This document shows, piece after piece, positions 15,428 to 27,037 of a stretch of DNA of 64,000 nucleotides (position 1 is the stretch's first letter; each line of letters opens with the position of its first letter). The stretch spans positions 1-64,000 of the forward strand of contig NW_021836292.1 of NCBI RefSeq assembly GCF_006345805.1, read 5' to 3'. The stretch is from Octopus sinensis (Eukaryota). Under the pieces are notes generated by a model that was given only the letters and a program-made list of their open reading frames with translations, had not been told where the DNA came from and did not search any database. The translations under genes were made by a program, and so were the position numbers.

Positions 15428-16586
15428 CTAGGTCATCCCATAAATAATGCGGTTTTTTCAGTTGCATGAACTAAAAGTCGGAAGGACATCAACTGTAAAA
15501 ATAGGTAGTCATTTTACATTGTACTTATTCTTTGTGCAAGTTCTGAAGAGTGCAGTCCAATTTTAACAATTTTTTTCAAAGCTATAATGGAAGTGACAAA
15601 AGAACGTATTCGGAATATTTTGCTTTAAGAGTCCAATAAAGGCAACACCACAACGGAAAGTGTGAGGAATGTTAATGCTGTATATGGGGATCGGACAATA
15701 AGCGTAAACCAGAGTCAACGGTGGTTCCGAAAATTCTGAGCCGGAAACTACATCCTAGAAGACGAGCTTCGTTCCAGAAGATCTGTAAAGCTCGACGAGG
15801 ACGTCCTGCAAATCTCTGGGGAACAAAATCCCATCGTAATTGTTGAGAAACTAGCAGAGAAGCTTGGATTTGGTCATTCAACCATTCATCGACACCTGCG
15901 TGCATTGGAAAAGTCACTAAATTGGGTCAGATTAGGTCACAAATTTTCCGAGTCTAATCGCGCGCAGAGAGTAAACGTGTGCTCTTCTTTGTTGTCCAGT
16001 CTCACGAATGAACCTTTGTTGGACTGAATAGTGACTAGTGACGAGAAATGGGTTCTTTATAAAAATATCAAGCGCTAAAAACAGTGGGTAAGGAAGGGAG
16101 AAACACCGGTACCCAGGCTTCACCCACGTAAGATGTTGTTTTCTGTTTGGTGGGATATGAAAGGTTTAGTCCACTTTGAATTTTTAAGCCCAAGCCAAAC
16201 AATAACAAAGGAGATCTACTGCTAGCAGCTTGAGCGACTCAAGTCAGCGCTAGAAGGAAAAATACTACTTTTGGTTTCATGACGAACAGTGTTCTTCGAT
16301 CAGCATAATGCCCGACCACATACAGCGAGGACAACACTCTAAAGGCTGGAGCAATTTGAGTGGGAAACGATGCCCACCTACCATATTCGCCAGACATTGC
16401 CCCATCAGATTATCAGTTATTCTGCAGTCTTCAAAATTATTTGGACGGAAAAAATATGAATTATGCAAAGGAGCTCAGAACAGTACAAGTGAATTTTGGA
16501 AGAGGAGGCCTTGCAAGTCTACCAGATAGATATTTTAAACAATAAAATATGTATTAAAAAACTGCATTATTTATGGGATGAGCCAA
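15428..16586 (+). mobile_element. Mariner (DD34D) transposon, full length, inactive
   Basis: TA flanks at 15426-27 and 16587-88; TIRs GGTCATCCCATAAATAATGCGGTTTTT and AAAAACTGCATTATTTATGGGATGAGCC; transposase from ATG 15587 with TSDEKW, HNARPH and YSPDIAPSDY motifs; many stops and frameshifts. Confidence 0.93.
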
Positions 16587-16598
16587 TACATACACACA

Positions 16599-16644
<46 letters not shown>

Positions 16645-16881
16645 CACACACACATACATACAAACATACACACATACATACAGACACATATATATATATA
16701 TTTATTTACTTTTATGTATAATTTTACCCTCACGGGCTATGCTTTACTGGAAAGCAATACTCTAGTATTGCATTACTATTTTCATTGAAACTTCTTCACT
16801 GTTCTCGTTCTGTCAACGTTTTGGCGTTCAGTCGAGTGTATTGGCATGGATGTGGCAACATTTGAAATATTGTCGAGGTAT

Positions 16882-16953
16882 ATGTGGCTGATGAAGATAA
16901 ATCAAATATATGTGGGCAGACATATTTTGAAGAATCTGAAACCGGTACCACAT
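16882..16953 (+). ncRNA. Minimal type I hammerhead ribozyme, intact core
   Basis: Stem I AUGUGG/CCACAU, CUGAUGA (16888-94), stem II AGAU/AUCU with an extended internal hairpin, GAAA (16938-41), palindromic stem III ACCGGU, GUA cleavage triplet (cut after 16947). Confidence 0.9.
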
Positions 16954-17145
16954 TATCCCTTTCTAGGTATTTCATTTTTCAGATGTTCTCCCTAGAGGTA
17001 AGACAATTTTTTTCATGTTTGTTGCACACACGCATTTTTACTAGTACATACGCAGTGAAGCTATACATTAGCGTCATATTTATTACGTTCGCTATTTTCC
17101 AGTAAATATCGGTGCTTCGTTGTGCCATTTATTTACTTATATATA

Positions 17146-17204
<59 letters not shown>

Positions 17205-17421
17205 ACTGTAGCTTCTACTGATGCAAAAAAAACTGACTGGCGAATCCCTAATGTTGCAGATAGGTGGCGGCGTAAATGAAAATTATTTATTTGCGACGGA
17301 ATATATATTAGTTGAAAATGGGTTTTCCGTATCTTACTTTATGTGAATAAATTTTACAAACCCATAAAACTACAATGTTCGGCTTGAGAAGACATCACGT
17401 ATAGAGGTTGTGTATATATGT

Positions 17422-17464
<43 letters not shown>

Positions 17465-19050
17465 TATATTATATATATATATACATACATCGCTTAAAAC
17501 AGAAGCCATGAAAGGTGCCGTGCATCGGCAAAAGTTGTTTATCTTGGTTAAGTTTAAAACGATTCTATTTCGCAGACCGTTAGGAGAGCCGTTTCCGGTG
17601 GCTTGGAACCAATTTCTTCTACGAAAAACTGGAAAACTTTTTCTTTGTCCAAGACTGGACAGAATATGGTGAAGGATTCGTTTCTTCAATCTTGGAGAGA
17701 GAAGGATAGGAGAATAAAACAGAAATTAGGAAAGAGTATCATTAATAGTGAAAAAGGAATAGAATGTCGGGGAAGATTATTGATCACGGTATGGCTGGGG
17801 GAGATTGGGAGAGGGGTTCTCAGTAAATAACTTTTCGACAACAATATACGTAATCATTCACCTTTTGACATAAGCATACATAAAAATAGTTGAAATTAGC
17901 CGGATATTCTTATATACAAGCACACACACACACGCACATGCATACACACACACACATATATGTTTGTATGTACGTATGGATATATGAACGTATGTGTGTA
18001 TGTATGTATCCATGCACAAAATAATACATAAGTATAGATTATATGTATGTCTGTGTATATACACACATTAGTATATATATGTGTGTGTGTGCGTGTGTGT
18101 GTGTACGTATGTATGTATATGTATATACATATATATATACTTACATAAGTATAGATTATATATATATCTGTGTATATACACACATTAGTATATATATATG
18201 TGTGTGTGTATGTATGTATGTATGTATGTGTATGTATATACATATATACTTACATAAGTATATATGCATGTGTTTATATAATATATATTTGTATACACAT
18301 ATATGCCGTTATTATTGTTGTTTAGGGGATGATAGTGTAGGTTTCTGAATACGCGCGTGCTCATGTATGTGCATGTACGGGCTGGTGGTTTAATTTCAAT
18401 CATTCTTGTATTTATGCGAACACGTTTGTCTGTATGTCTATATCCATATAGGAACGTGTAAATTGTTATTGACTTAAGTTGTTTACGAACCCACTGACCT
18501 CTAACGGAGTTTCCCACCTACACCTATCATAAAACGATCAATAATTCCCCTTCTCACTCCTCATTCTTATTATAATTCTAAACCTTCAACTTTCTCCTTT
18601 TCCCATTACTTCTCTCCACCACTTCCGCAGAAACTAGTTCTAATGCTTCACTATTTGCACACTTCCATGAACTAAAGACGTAAAAACAACTTTAAATTTT
18701 CTGTATGTTTTTTCATCTCTTTCTCCGTAAAAAGTCTCCGCCCGAAAGATCAGAAAGCTATTCTCTTAAAGGCATACGAACTTTAGAAAACAAACTTTAT
18801 ATGTTACTTTTAGAAACTTTTTTTGTGGAGACTCATCTCGCAGTTAGTTACTTCGGATTCTATAATATTTTCCATGTAGGTTCTTGATAAATTTCTTCCA
18901 AATAGTAATGTTTATATCCAACTTAACATGGATGTCTTGCTGGAACACCGAATTAGCCTTGTAAGATATTTTCATATATACGCTTGATACATAAAATGCA
19001 CACGCACATGGATCGCAGCAGACGAGAGTCGTCCGTCATGGGCACCGGAA

Positions 19051-19097
19051 CTTCAATATTATGTGATTTCGTTCTATTGGAAATCATCAGTTCGAAG
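19051..19097 (-). ncRNA. Hammerhead ribozyme, decayed stem III
   Basis: cuucgaa-CUGAUGA-uuuccaauagaac-GAAA-ucacauaa-UA-uugaag; homologous to 21305-21346. Confidence 0.6.
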
Positions 19098-19821
19098 CTC
19101 AGTGCCCGGCGTCACTGCATGCCAATCAAACTTCGTTGCTAATATATATAAAATATAAGCATCTTTTCAGATACTGATGTCGCAAATAACTAGCAGGCCT
19201 TTTAAAAATTCATTATTACTGACAGAAGTAGTATTAATATCAAAACATAATCTTTATATCCAACTTAACATGAATGTGTTAATGTGTTGTTGGAGCACGG
19301 AATAATACTCTCAAATTTGTTTCGAAAACTGTATTTTTTATATAGTTTTGTTCGCTGATGACGAAAATCGCAGTTTTTTTCTAAAAATTAAAAATATTTT
19401 TTTTTTACAATCATTTAAAGTTATATAATTTTAGCTTAACAAACCCTGTGTTGCCGCGCATACCGGAAGTTTCTGTTCTTATGGAAACAGCACAACTACA
19501 CCATAACGTCTAAAACAAACAAAAAGGATGACACATTGTGTCACAACACCGTTTATTTCTGCACTTGAGGCAGACCAAAGTAGTTTCTACTTGTTGAATT
19601 ATCAATAACATTTAAATTAAAGTCAATCTGCACGGATGTAATCTTTTATCGAAATCACGACTCATTTAGTGCTTATTGAGCCTACAGATCGATATTATAA
19701 GTACTTGCTCTTTCCTTATGGTAATGTGTATGTATGTGTAAGTGTGTCTGTCTGTCTGTCTGTGTCTGTATGTGTGTGCGTGCATGTGGTGTGTGTATTG
19801 TCTTTTATATGTGTATATAAC

Positions 19822-20122
19822 TGAAGGCGCGTGGCTTAGTGGTTACAGTGTTGGGCTCACGATGGTAAAGTTGTAAATTCGGCTCCCGGCGGCACGTTGT
19901 GTCTCTTGGGCAAGGCACTCTATTTCGTGTTGCTCCTCTCCGTTCAGCTGACAAAAATTAGTAGTACCTATACTTCAAATGGCCAACCTTTTCACTTGGG
20001 ATCTACGTTAAGAGTATGCATATCTGTGGAGTGCTCAGCCACTTTCACGTTAATTTCACTTATAGGCTGCTCCGTTGATCGGATCTACTGAAACCCTCGT
20101 CGTCGTAGCCGACAGAGTGCTG
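19822..20122 (+). mobile_element. tRNA-derived SINE (family C)
   Basis: GAAGGCGCGTGGCTTAGTGGTTA head with a degenerate B box; body similar to 13891-14233. Confidence 0.75.
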
Positions 20123-20357
20123 CTTTTTTATATATGTATTGTGTACATATTTATAAGCTTGTACGTTTCTGTTGATGGCTAGCTGAGTGTTTAGATTGAT
20201 AGATTAATGATAAGTTGTTTGGAGATGTGAAATAAAATAAGGAGGCGTGCGAATGAATGCGTTTGTTTATGCATATACTTATTTGTGTTTGTATAAATAT
20301 ATGTAGATAGACTTATGCGAGAGTGCGTATATGTGTGTCTGTGTGAGTGTGTGTTTA

Positions 20358-20391
<34 letters not shown>

Positions 20392-20639
20392 CACGCGTTT
20401 TATATTGCTTATACCCGCCCTCGATATTTTAGGATTTTCATATTATTTTGTTGAATCAGCCATAGATTCATATGGTGAATACTATATACTGACAGTCGGG
20501 ATTTAGCCAAACTATACAGCGATGGAGTAGTCACCTCTAATGAGCTTTAAGTTTAAGCGAAACTAGACTAGTATAGTGATCTTGCTCGCTGTGGGGTGGT
20601 TATCTCCCCTGTCAGTGTATGGAACTGTGCTTCCTTGCG

Positions 20640-21041
20640 GCTCTAAGAGATTTTTAACTCTTATTTTTAACAATATATGTATACACATGTCCTAATTTGA
20701 TTTACGCGTTCTCTTCCACAACTTTATTTAGACTTAGCAGCCCTTCCTGTTTGTTTTCACTGTCCTGTTTGCACTACCTATTTTGACCCTTCGCAAAATC
20801 CCAAATTTTATTTAATTTGCTTTGAGGGAGCAACTGTTTTATCGAAAGCGTATAATGTTGTTAAATGCTCGAAATACGAGACTAGAAAGACAGCCAACAA
20901 CTGATGAAGGGTCGTTCTTTATGTTGCTTGTTTTGTTTTCCATTTGTGTCTTTCGTTGTTCGAAAGAATAGTTCATGTTCCATGTACTCGTGCTTCGTAC
21001 TTTTTTGTTGTACACGTTTCATGACGTCCTGTGCCCACATA

Positions 21042-21043
<2 letters not shown>
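20640..21043 (+). mobile_element. PLE pseudo-LTR-like fragment
   Basis: CTGATGAAGGG plus a pyrimidine-rich tail ending at (TA)n; resembles octopus PLE ends from memory; only a very decayed HHR-like trace near 20824-20851. Confidence 0.4.
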
Positions 21044-21129
<86 letters not shown>

Positions 21130-21304
21130 GTATAGATGTAAGTTCATATACGTATCTATATATGCATATATATATATATATTATTTATATGATTATACAT
21201 ATGTGTATATGTATTTGTGGGCGTGTGTGCGTGTTCGTGCGTGTATGTGTGTGTGCGTGTGTGTTTATATAGTAGCGAGTTTTAATTGGCATGGGGTGAC
21301 CGGA

Positions 21305-21346
21305 CTCCTACTGATGACAGTAGAATGAAATCACGTGATATAACAG
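21305..21346 (+). ncRNA. Hammerhead ribozyme remnant
   Basis: CUGAUGA (21311-17), GAAA (21327-30), perfect palindromic stem III AUCACGUGAU, UA; stems I and II are damaged. Confidence 0.5.
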
Positions 21347-22409
21347 TTCTGGCGCCTATGACGGACGATTCTTTATGTTACAATTTATTCGCATGCTTTT
21401 TATGCACCAAGCGCCTTTGTGAGAGGATCTATCAAAGTGATAACGCAGTATTCAATTTTCTAACAAAACATTCATATTAATTTGTATATGATTATTACTT
21501 TTTGGTATTAGTACTGTTTCCATATATAAATGATGTGTGTGTATGTGTGTGTATGGATACACACAAAACTGCTTCGTAACCTAAAGCGTCCCTACTTTTT
21601 ATTTTCCAATTTATGCCGTCTGTTTGAGATAATTTGCCTATGTTTACTAGTGTCTAAGTAACAATCTCGAAAACCTAGACTTAAACTAACACGCGCTTTT
21701 GTAATATAATCTCTATGCAGAGCAAAAACGATCATCTGAATATATTTTGCTTCGTACAGCTATAAAGTGTCAGAGTGTGTACGTAACACAAGCTGTGAAG
21801 TTCAGCATGTAGTATATACCACTTTTATTATGCAGTTCCAGCGATGAAGTTTTGTTTATTTGTTAGAAACCAGTGTTTTTCTTAAAGAACAATTCACATA
21901 ATTCAAGAAGGATAACACACATTTATAATTTCGCTGAACACTTATATAACTGTTTCTTATAGCATTTGTGTTTCCGTTAAAGGTGTGCATGTAACAGTAT
22001 AAGCCAAAACTAAACGATTGTTTGCTATATCAGCGGACAAAGAAATAGAGTTATCAAAATGCATTTATTTTCAACTAGCATTAAAGACCCGTCGTTGCCG
22101 GGTCATGGTGCTAGTGCTTGTATATATGTGTATATATATGTGTACATATAACATGTACATCTATATATATACATCTACACGTAAAATGCAAAATACAAAG
22201 TTATATCTTGATATCGCTAGTGATAACAATACTCAAAATATATAACGGACTGGAATTGTTAGCTCTTCTTTTTTCTCTACATTAAACTTAGATAAACTTA
22301 GATATGTTTCGACCAAAGATTGGTCCAGGCCATGTCTAACTTAATAGCACCACCTGATAGGATTATTCGAATCCTGTTTAAGTCAAGTTTTGTTTAAGTC
22401 AAGTTTTGT

Positions 22410-24341
22410 TCAAGTAGTGAGTTCTTGTTGGGTGAGTTGTATCCAGTTTTGTTCAAGTAGTGAGTTCTTGTTGAGTGAGTTGTATCCAATTATGGGTGGC
22501 TTATCTGGTATTCTTTGAAGGAATCTATCCAGACTCTGTTTAAAGTTGATGGGATCCTTTTCCTCTTTGATCTCCCTCGGGACAATGTTAAATAGGGCAG
22601 GGCCTGTTGAGGAAAAGAAATTATGTTGCAGTGTACATGTATATTGTGATCTTGAATTGGGCAGGGGACGTATAGCCCGTGGTCCAAGTCTTGGATGAAC
22701 CTTGAAGCTAATGTTTAGGTCGTTTGGGCAAAGTTGGCGGTATATTTTCCACATCGTACAAATGATGTACCGCTCACGGCGACGCTGGAGGGAGTAAAGT
22801 TTCAAGGCTTTAAGGCGATCCCAATAATCGAGAGCAGCCATGCCTTCAATTTGTTTAGTGAGTGCCCTCTGGGGTGACTCAATTCTGGAGATGTTTTGTC
22901 TTGTGTGAGGAGACCACAGTGGGCAGCAGTATTCAAGGTGTGGCCGTACAAAGGAGGAAAAAAGTGGTATGATGACACCTTGTTCTCTGGACCGGAAAGT
23001 TCTTAAGATCCAGGAACTCATCCTACGAGCTATATCGACCTTCTTGTTGATGTGTACACTCCAACTGAGATCGTCATCAACAATTACACCCACGTCTCTG
23101 ATATTGTTAGAGGCTGTGAGCGGTTCCCTTGAAGGAAGAGAGTATGGTTGTTTTAGTGAGGAATTTCTTCCAAAATGCATCAGCTCAAATTTTCCCTCAT
23201 TCAGTTGCATTTTGTTTCTGTCTGCCCATTGACTCACAGCATATAGATCAGACTGGAGTTGAGTTCGGTCTGCTTCTTCATTGACGATTTGCTGGAGCTT
23301 AGTGTCATCAGCAAATATTTTCACTTTGCAGTAATGTACGACACTGGAAAGGTCGTTTACGTAAATTATAAAGAGTAGCGGACCCAAAACAGTTCCCTGG
23401 GGAACACCGCTGGTGACTTTTGCTGGGTTTGAGTGGACTCCATCAACTACAACATGTTGTGTTCTATTCGCCAGGAAATACTTAATCCAGTGTAGAACTT
23501 TTCCACGGATTCCAACATTTGCCAATTTTGAGAGTAGGATGTTATGGTCTACCCTGTCGAACGCTTTACTGAAGTCAAGATATATGACCTCAGAGTTCGA
23601 ACCTGTTCCCAAGGCTTTGAGTACATCTTCAATGTGGTGTAAGAGCTGTGTTAGACAGTCCCTGCCACAGCGAAAGCCATGCTGATTTGCATTTAGGAGT
23701 TTGTGGGTCTCCAGGAAGTCAGCTATCCTTGATCTTAACACTCTTTCAAACACTTTAATGATGTGGGAGGTGAGTGAGATTGGGCGATAGTTGACTGCGA
23801 GGGATCTGTTTCCCTGTTTGAAAACCGGAATGACCGACTGGGATAGAAACTGTTTCGGTATATAACCTGCGTCTAACGAATTTCTCCAGAGGTTGGTCAG
23901 AGGGACTGCAAGTCGGTATCTACATTCCTTCAGGAGACTAGCGGGAAATCTATCAGGGCCTACAGCAGAGTAATGTTTGACCTTATTTATTGCTGCTACG
24001 ATGTCGGTGGCAGTGAAGGTTATGTCTGCGATTTTGTGTTGGGAGTCAACTTCGTTCGTTTCCCTTACGTCAATATCAGTGGGAACACTAAAGACAGAGC
24101 TGTATTGTTTCTGCAGTATTTCTGCCATTTCTTTAGCATCGTGTTGGGGAATGCCGTTATCATCAATCAATGGCCCAATGGGTGAGACAGTGGTTCTATG
24201 CTTATTTGCATAAGAATAGAACACTTTTAGGTTCTGTTTGATGTTTTTGATTACCCATTGTTCCTCCACAGCTCTTTGATTTTCAATGGAGGTTTTCATG
24301 TTGGTCTGCAGATGAAGTTTTTCCAGCTCTAGTCTTTTCAT
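22410..24341 (-). CDS. Reverse transcriptase portion of LINE ORF2 (643 aa open)
   Basis: YRPISLTS, QHGFR, YLDFSKAFD, SGVPQGTVLGPLLF and FADDTKL motifs. Confidence 0.95.
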   Translation of the reverse strand: MKRLELEKLHLQTNMKTSIENQRAVEEQWVIKNIKQNLKVFYSYANKHRTTVSPIGPLIDDNGIPQHDAKEMAEILQKQYSSVFSVPTDIDVRETNEVDSQHKIADITFTATDIVAAINKVKHYSAVGPDRFPASLLKECRYRLAVPLTNLWRNSLDAGYIPKQFLSQSVIPVFKQGNRSLAVNYRPISLTSHIIKVFERVLRSRIADFLETHKLLNANQHGFRCGRDCLTQLLHHIEDVLKALGTGSNSEVIYLDFSKAFDRVDHNILLSKLANVGIRGKVLHWIKYFLANRTQHVVVDGVHSNPAKVTSGVPQGTVLGPLLFIIYVNDLSSVVHYCKVKIFADDTKLQQIVNEEADRTQLQSDLYAVSQWADRNKMQLNEGKFELMHFGRNSSLKQPYSLPSREPLTASNNIRDVGVIVDDDLSWSVHINKKVDIARRMSSWILRTFRSREQGVIIPLFSSFVRPHLEYCCPLWSPHTRQNISRIESPQRALTKQIEGMAALDYWDRLKALKLYSLQRRRERYIICTMWKIYRQLCPNDLNISFKVHPRLGPRAIRPLPNSRSQYTCTLQHNFFSSTGPALFNIVPREIKEEKDPINFKQSLDRFLQRIPDKPPIIGYNSLNKNSLLEQNWIQLTQQELTT

Positions 24342-24598
24342 TGTTGTTGAATGTGGATGTTGTGCGTGGGAATATCTTAATTGGTTGATTTTTTTGTTGA
24401 GTCTTTTGATGCGCCTGATGAGTGTTTTTTTTTCTTTTTAGGGAGCCGGTTTCTGTTTGTGTTAGTAGATTTCTTGGGAGCGTGTTTAGAGCATGTATAG
24501 GTGACAATGTTTTCAAAGTGCTGCCACGCGGTCTCAATATGAGAGGAATTGAGAGTAAAAGACCAGTCGATGGAAGACAGATCCTTTCTGATTGTTCC

Positions 24599-25419
24599 CT
24601 AGTCCGCTTTGTGGAAGTTTATGTTGTCAAATGGGTGCCATGGAGTGGGATTGGCTGGTTTGGTTTTTATATGTCGGGAACTAAGATTGCAGAGTACCAT
24701 GTCGTGGTCTGAGAGGAGAGTTTTTTCGACTGAAATACTGTGAACATAGCTAGAGTGATTGGTCAATACCAGATCCAAGATCGTTTTATTCTGTCTCGTT
24801 GGTTCAAGCACTAGCTGAGTTAGGAAATACTCATCCATCAGATTAAAGAGCAGTTCTGCTGCTGCTCTATCTGATGTAGAGCACTTGCCTAACTTCAGAG
24901 TATTTGTGGGCCAGTTCACATGAGGGAGGTTAAAATCACCCATCACTAGTATGTCTCCGGAGTGGTACTTCCGAAGGATGGACTTGACTTTGCTAAGGCA
25001 CTCTTCAAAGTACTTTAGAGGTGCCTGGGGAGGCCTGTAAAGACCAACAATGTTATGTCCTTGGCTTTGTTGTATAGTGATACCGATTCACAGTAGCCAT
25101 TGGAAAATATGTCCTTGGCATCAAGTGAAAAGGAGTCAGGGATAAAGATGGCTGTCCCTCCCTTATTTCGGTCTGTGCGATCCGCACGAACAATGGTGAA
25201 ATATTTTATTTTCACCTCTGCGTCCATATGGGTGTTGTTCAGGTGAGTCTCGGTAAGGATAAAGAAAGGGAAGCAGTGTGCCATTTCGGCAAGCCAACTC
25301 TCTATATATGGGATCTTCCATTTTTGGGCAATAATTGATGGGTTGATGCCACGTACATCTAACAGGAATGTCGAGGTAAGGGAAGTTGGTAATGGGTGAG
25401 TGGTCCTTGTGATTTGCAT
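24599..25419 (-). pseudogene. APE endonuclease part of LINE ORF2, frameshifted
   Basis: ORFs 25015-25419 and 24599-24946 carry consecutive APE motifs in different frames. Confidence 0.88.
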
Positions 25420-26598
25420 AGATGGTTGGTGATAGCTCGCTGGGTCTCCTGACTTAGGTCGGCCTTCATATTTTCTAGGTATGTCAGTAAAAAAGAGTTA
25501 CTTGTTTGGTTTGCCACTTGGTCAGAGGATACATATTTCATGTTGGCGTTATTTGGTGTTTTTTCATGGTTCTGTCTACGTTGTTTGATTGTAGGAGGGG
25601 AAACATGGTTGTATTTTGTTCTTGTTGTCCTAGATTTCCTCTGTTCCTGTTTATATTTATTCTGTGATCGTTTTGTGCCCTTCAGATGGTGGTGGTTGCA
25701 TTCTGGGTTCAGGCACATCCTTTGTGAGACAGAAGTTTGGCACAGTTTAGGATGGAATAAGGTGCATAGACAATAGTCTTTTCTTTAATTTAATTTTTTA
25801 TTATCCATCTGGACTATTCTAATTTTCTGCACGCTAATTTTATTTTTAATTTATTCCCATTCATGTGAAACCACTTATTCAAGTTCAAATCATTGATGCA
25901 ATTTTATACCAATTGCTATTTTTACTTATATTATACTTTAGTTTGATTTTAATTATTACTTACTACATATAATTCAATTGTTATTATTATTTTTATTGTT
26001 AAAGTGAAAGCATCTGACATAAAATAGAGAAATATTTTTGTTTCACTTTTAACACGTAATACTGAAATAGTGGAGAAGATATGATATTGCTATGGGCTCG
26101 CTCTAGGCAAGAAGTTGAACCTTTTTTCCCATGAAACTACATGGACCCTAAGTAAGGCATGTGTAAAATTTGAATGAAATTGGTTGTGTAGTTCTCAAGT
26201 TTTAGGGAAACACACAGACAGACAGACACACACACACACATTCTCATTTTATATATATAAAGATATCTTACTGATATGTAAGTGAACAACTAGATCAAAA
26301 GAAAAAGCCACAAATCAGTGATTTAGTTATTCACATGAATTTTAAGGGAAATTTTGAACTGTTATTGTGGCCAACCTAGGTGAATATTTCTTTCGAAATA
26401 TGTGAGAAAGAGAATATCTATGGCGAACTTCTTCGAATTCCGGATTGTAATATATAATAGATAATAATCATACACGCTTTATAGCCAATGGTACGATTAG
26501 TTTTGTTAATAAATGTTCGTGTTATAGTATGGGAAGGCTGTGTTTTCAGAAAAAAACGAAAAGTGAATCTAACTCGTGTTCTACAGCTTCAGTCTACT

Positions 26599-27037
26599 CG
26601 TCTTTTCCACTCTGGGCAAAAGGCCCGAAATTTTGAAGGATGGGGGCCAGTCGATTAGATTATCCCCAGTACGCAACTGGTACTTACTTTATCGACCCCG
26701 AAAGGACGAAAGGCAAGGTTGACCTCGGCAGAATTTGAACTCAGAACGTAAGGACAGACGAAGTATTGCTAAGCATTTCGTCCGGCGTCCTAACGTTTCT
26801 TATTTCTTTACTGCCCACAAGGGGCAAAACACAGAGGGGACAAACAAGGACAGACAACTGGATTAAGTCGATTATATTGACCCCAGTGCATAACTGGTAC
26901 TTATTTAATCGACCCTGAAAGGATGAAAGGCAAAGCCGACCTCGGCGGAATTTGAACTCAGAACGTAGCAGCAAACGAAATAAGCACAAACGAAATAAAC
27001 CCGGCGTGCTAACGTTTCTGCCAGCTCGATACCTTAA
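26599..27037 (-). mobile_element. Dimeric family B SINE with a 12-bp TSD
   Basis: Two head-to-tail monomers; CTTCAGTCTACT at both 26587-98 and 27038-49. Confidence 0.85.

Larger units (their letters stand above)
22375..25778 (-). mobile_element. CR1-clade LINE, 5'-truncated within ORF1
   Basis: ORF1 zinc-finger remnant (LFHPKLCQTS..CLNPECNHHHLKGT), APE endonuclease (LTETHL, GDFNLP, LDLVLTN, SDH), RT ORF, short tandem repeats at the 3' end; one premature stop (24599-601) and frameshifts; no TSD seen. Confidence 0.93.
22075..26263 (-). mobile_element. Non-autonomous Helitron, interrupted by a CR1 LINE
   Basis: 5' A|TCTTTATATATATAAAA at 26263; 3' hairpin GACCCG/CGGGTC (22086-22104) and CTAG|T at 22078-22075. 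Joining the two ends into one element is inferred. Confidence 0.7.

Noticed and set aside
19355-19375. CTGATGACGAAA as an ultra-minimal hammerhead
   Set aside because: No room for stem II and no stem I or III pairing.
20820-20925. Hammerheads at TTGAGGGA..GAAA and CTGATGAAGG
   Set aside because: Core or stems do not form; too decayed to support.
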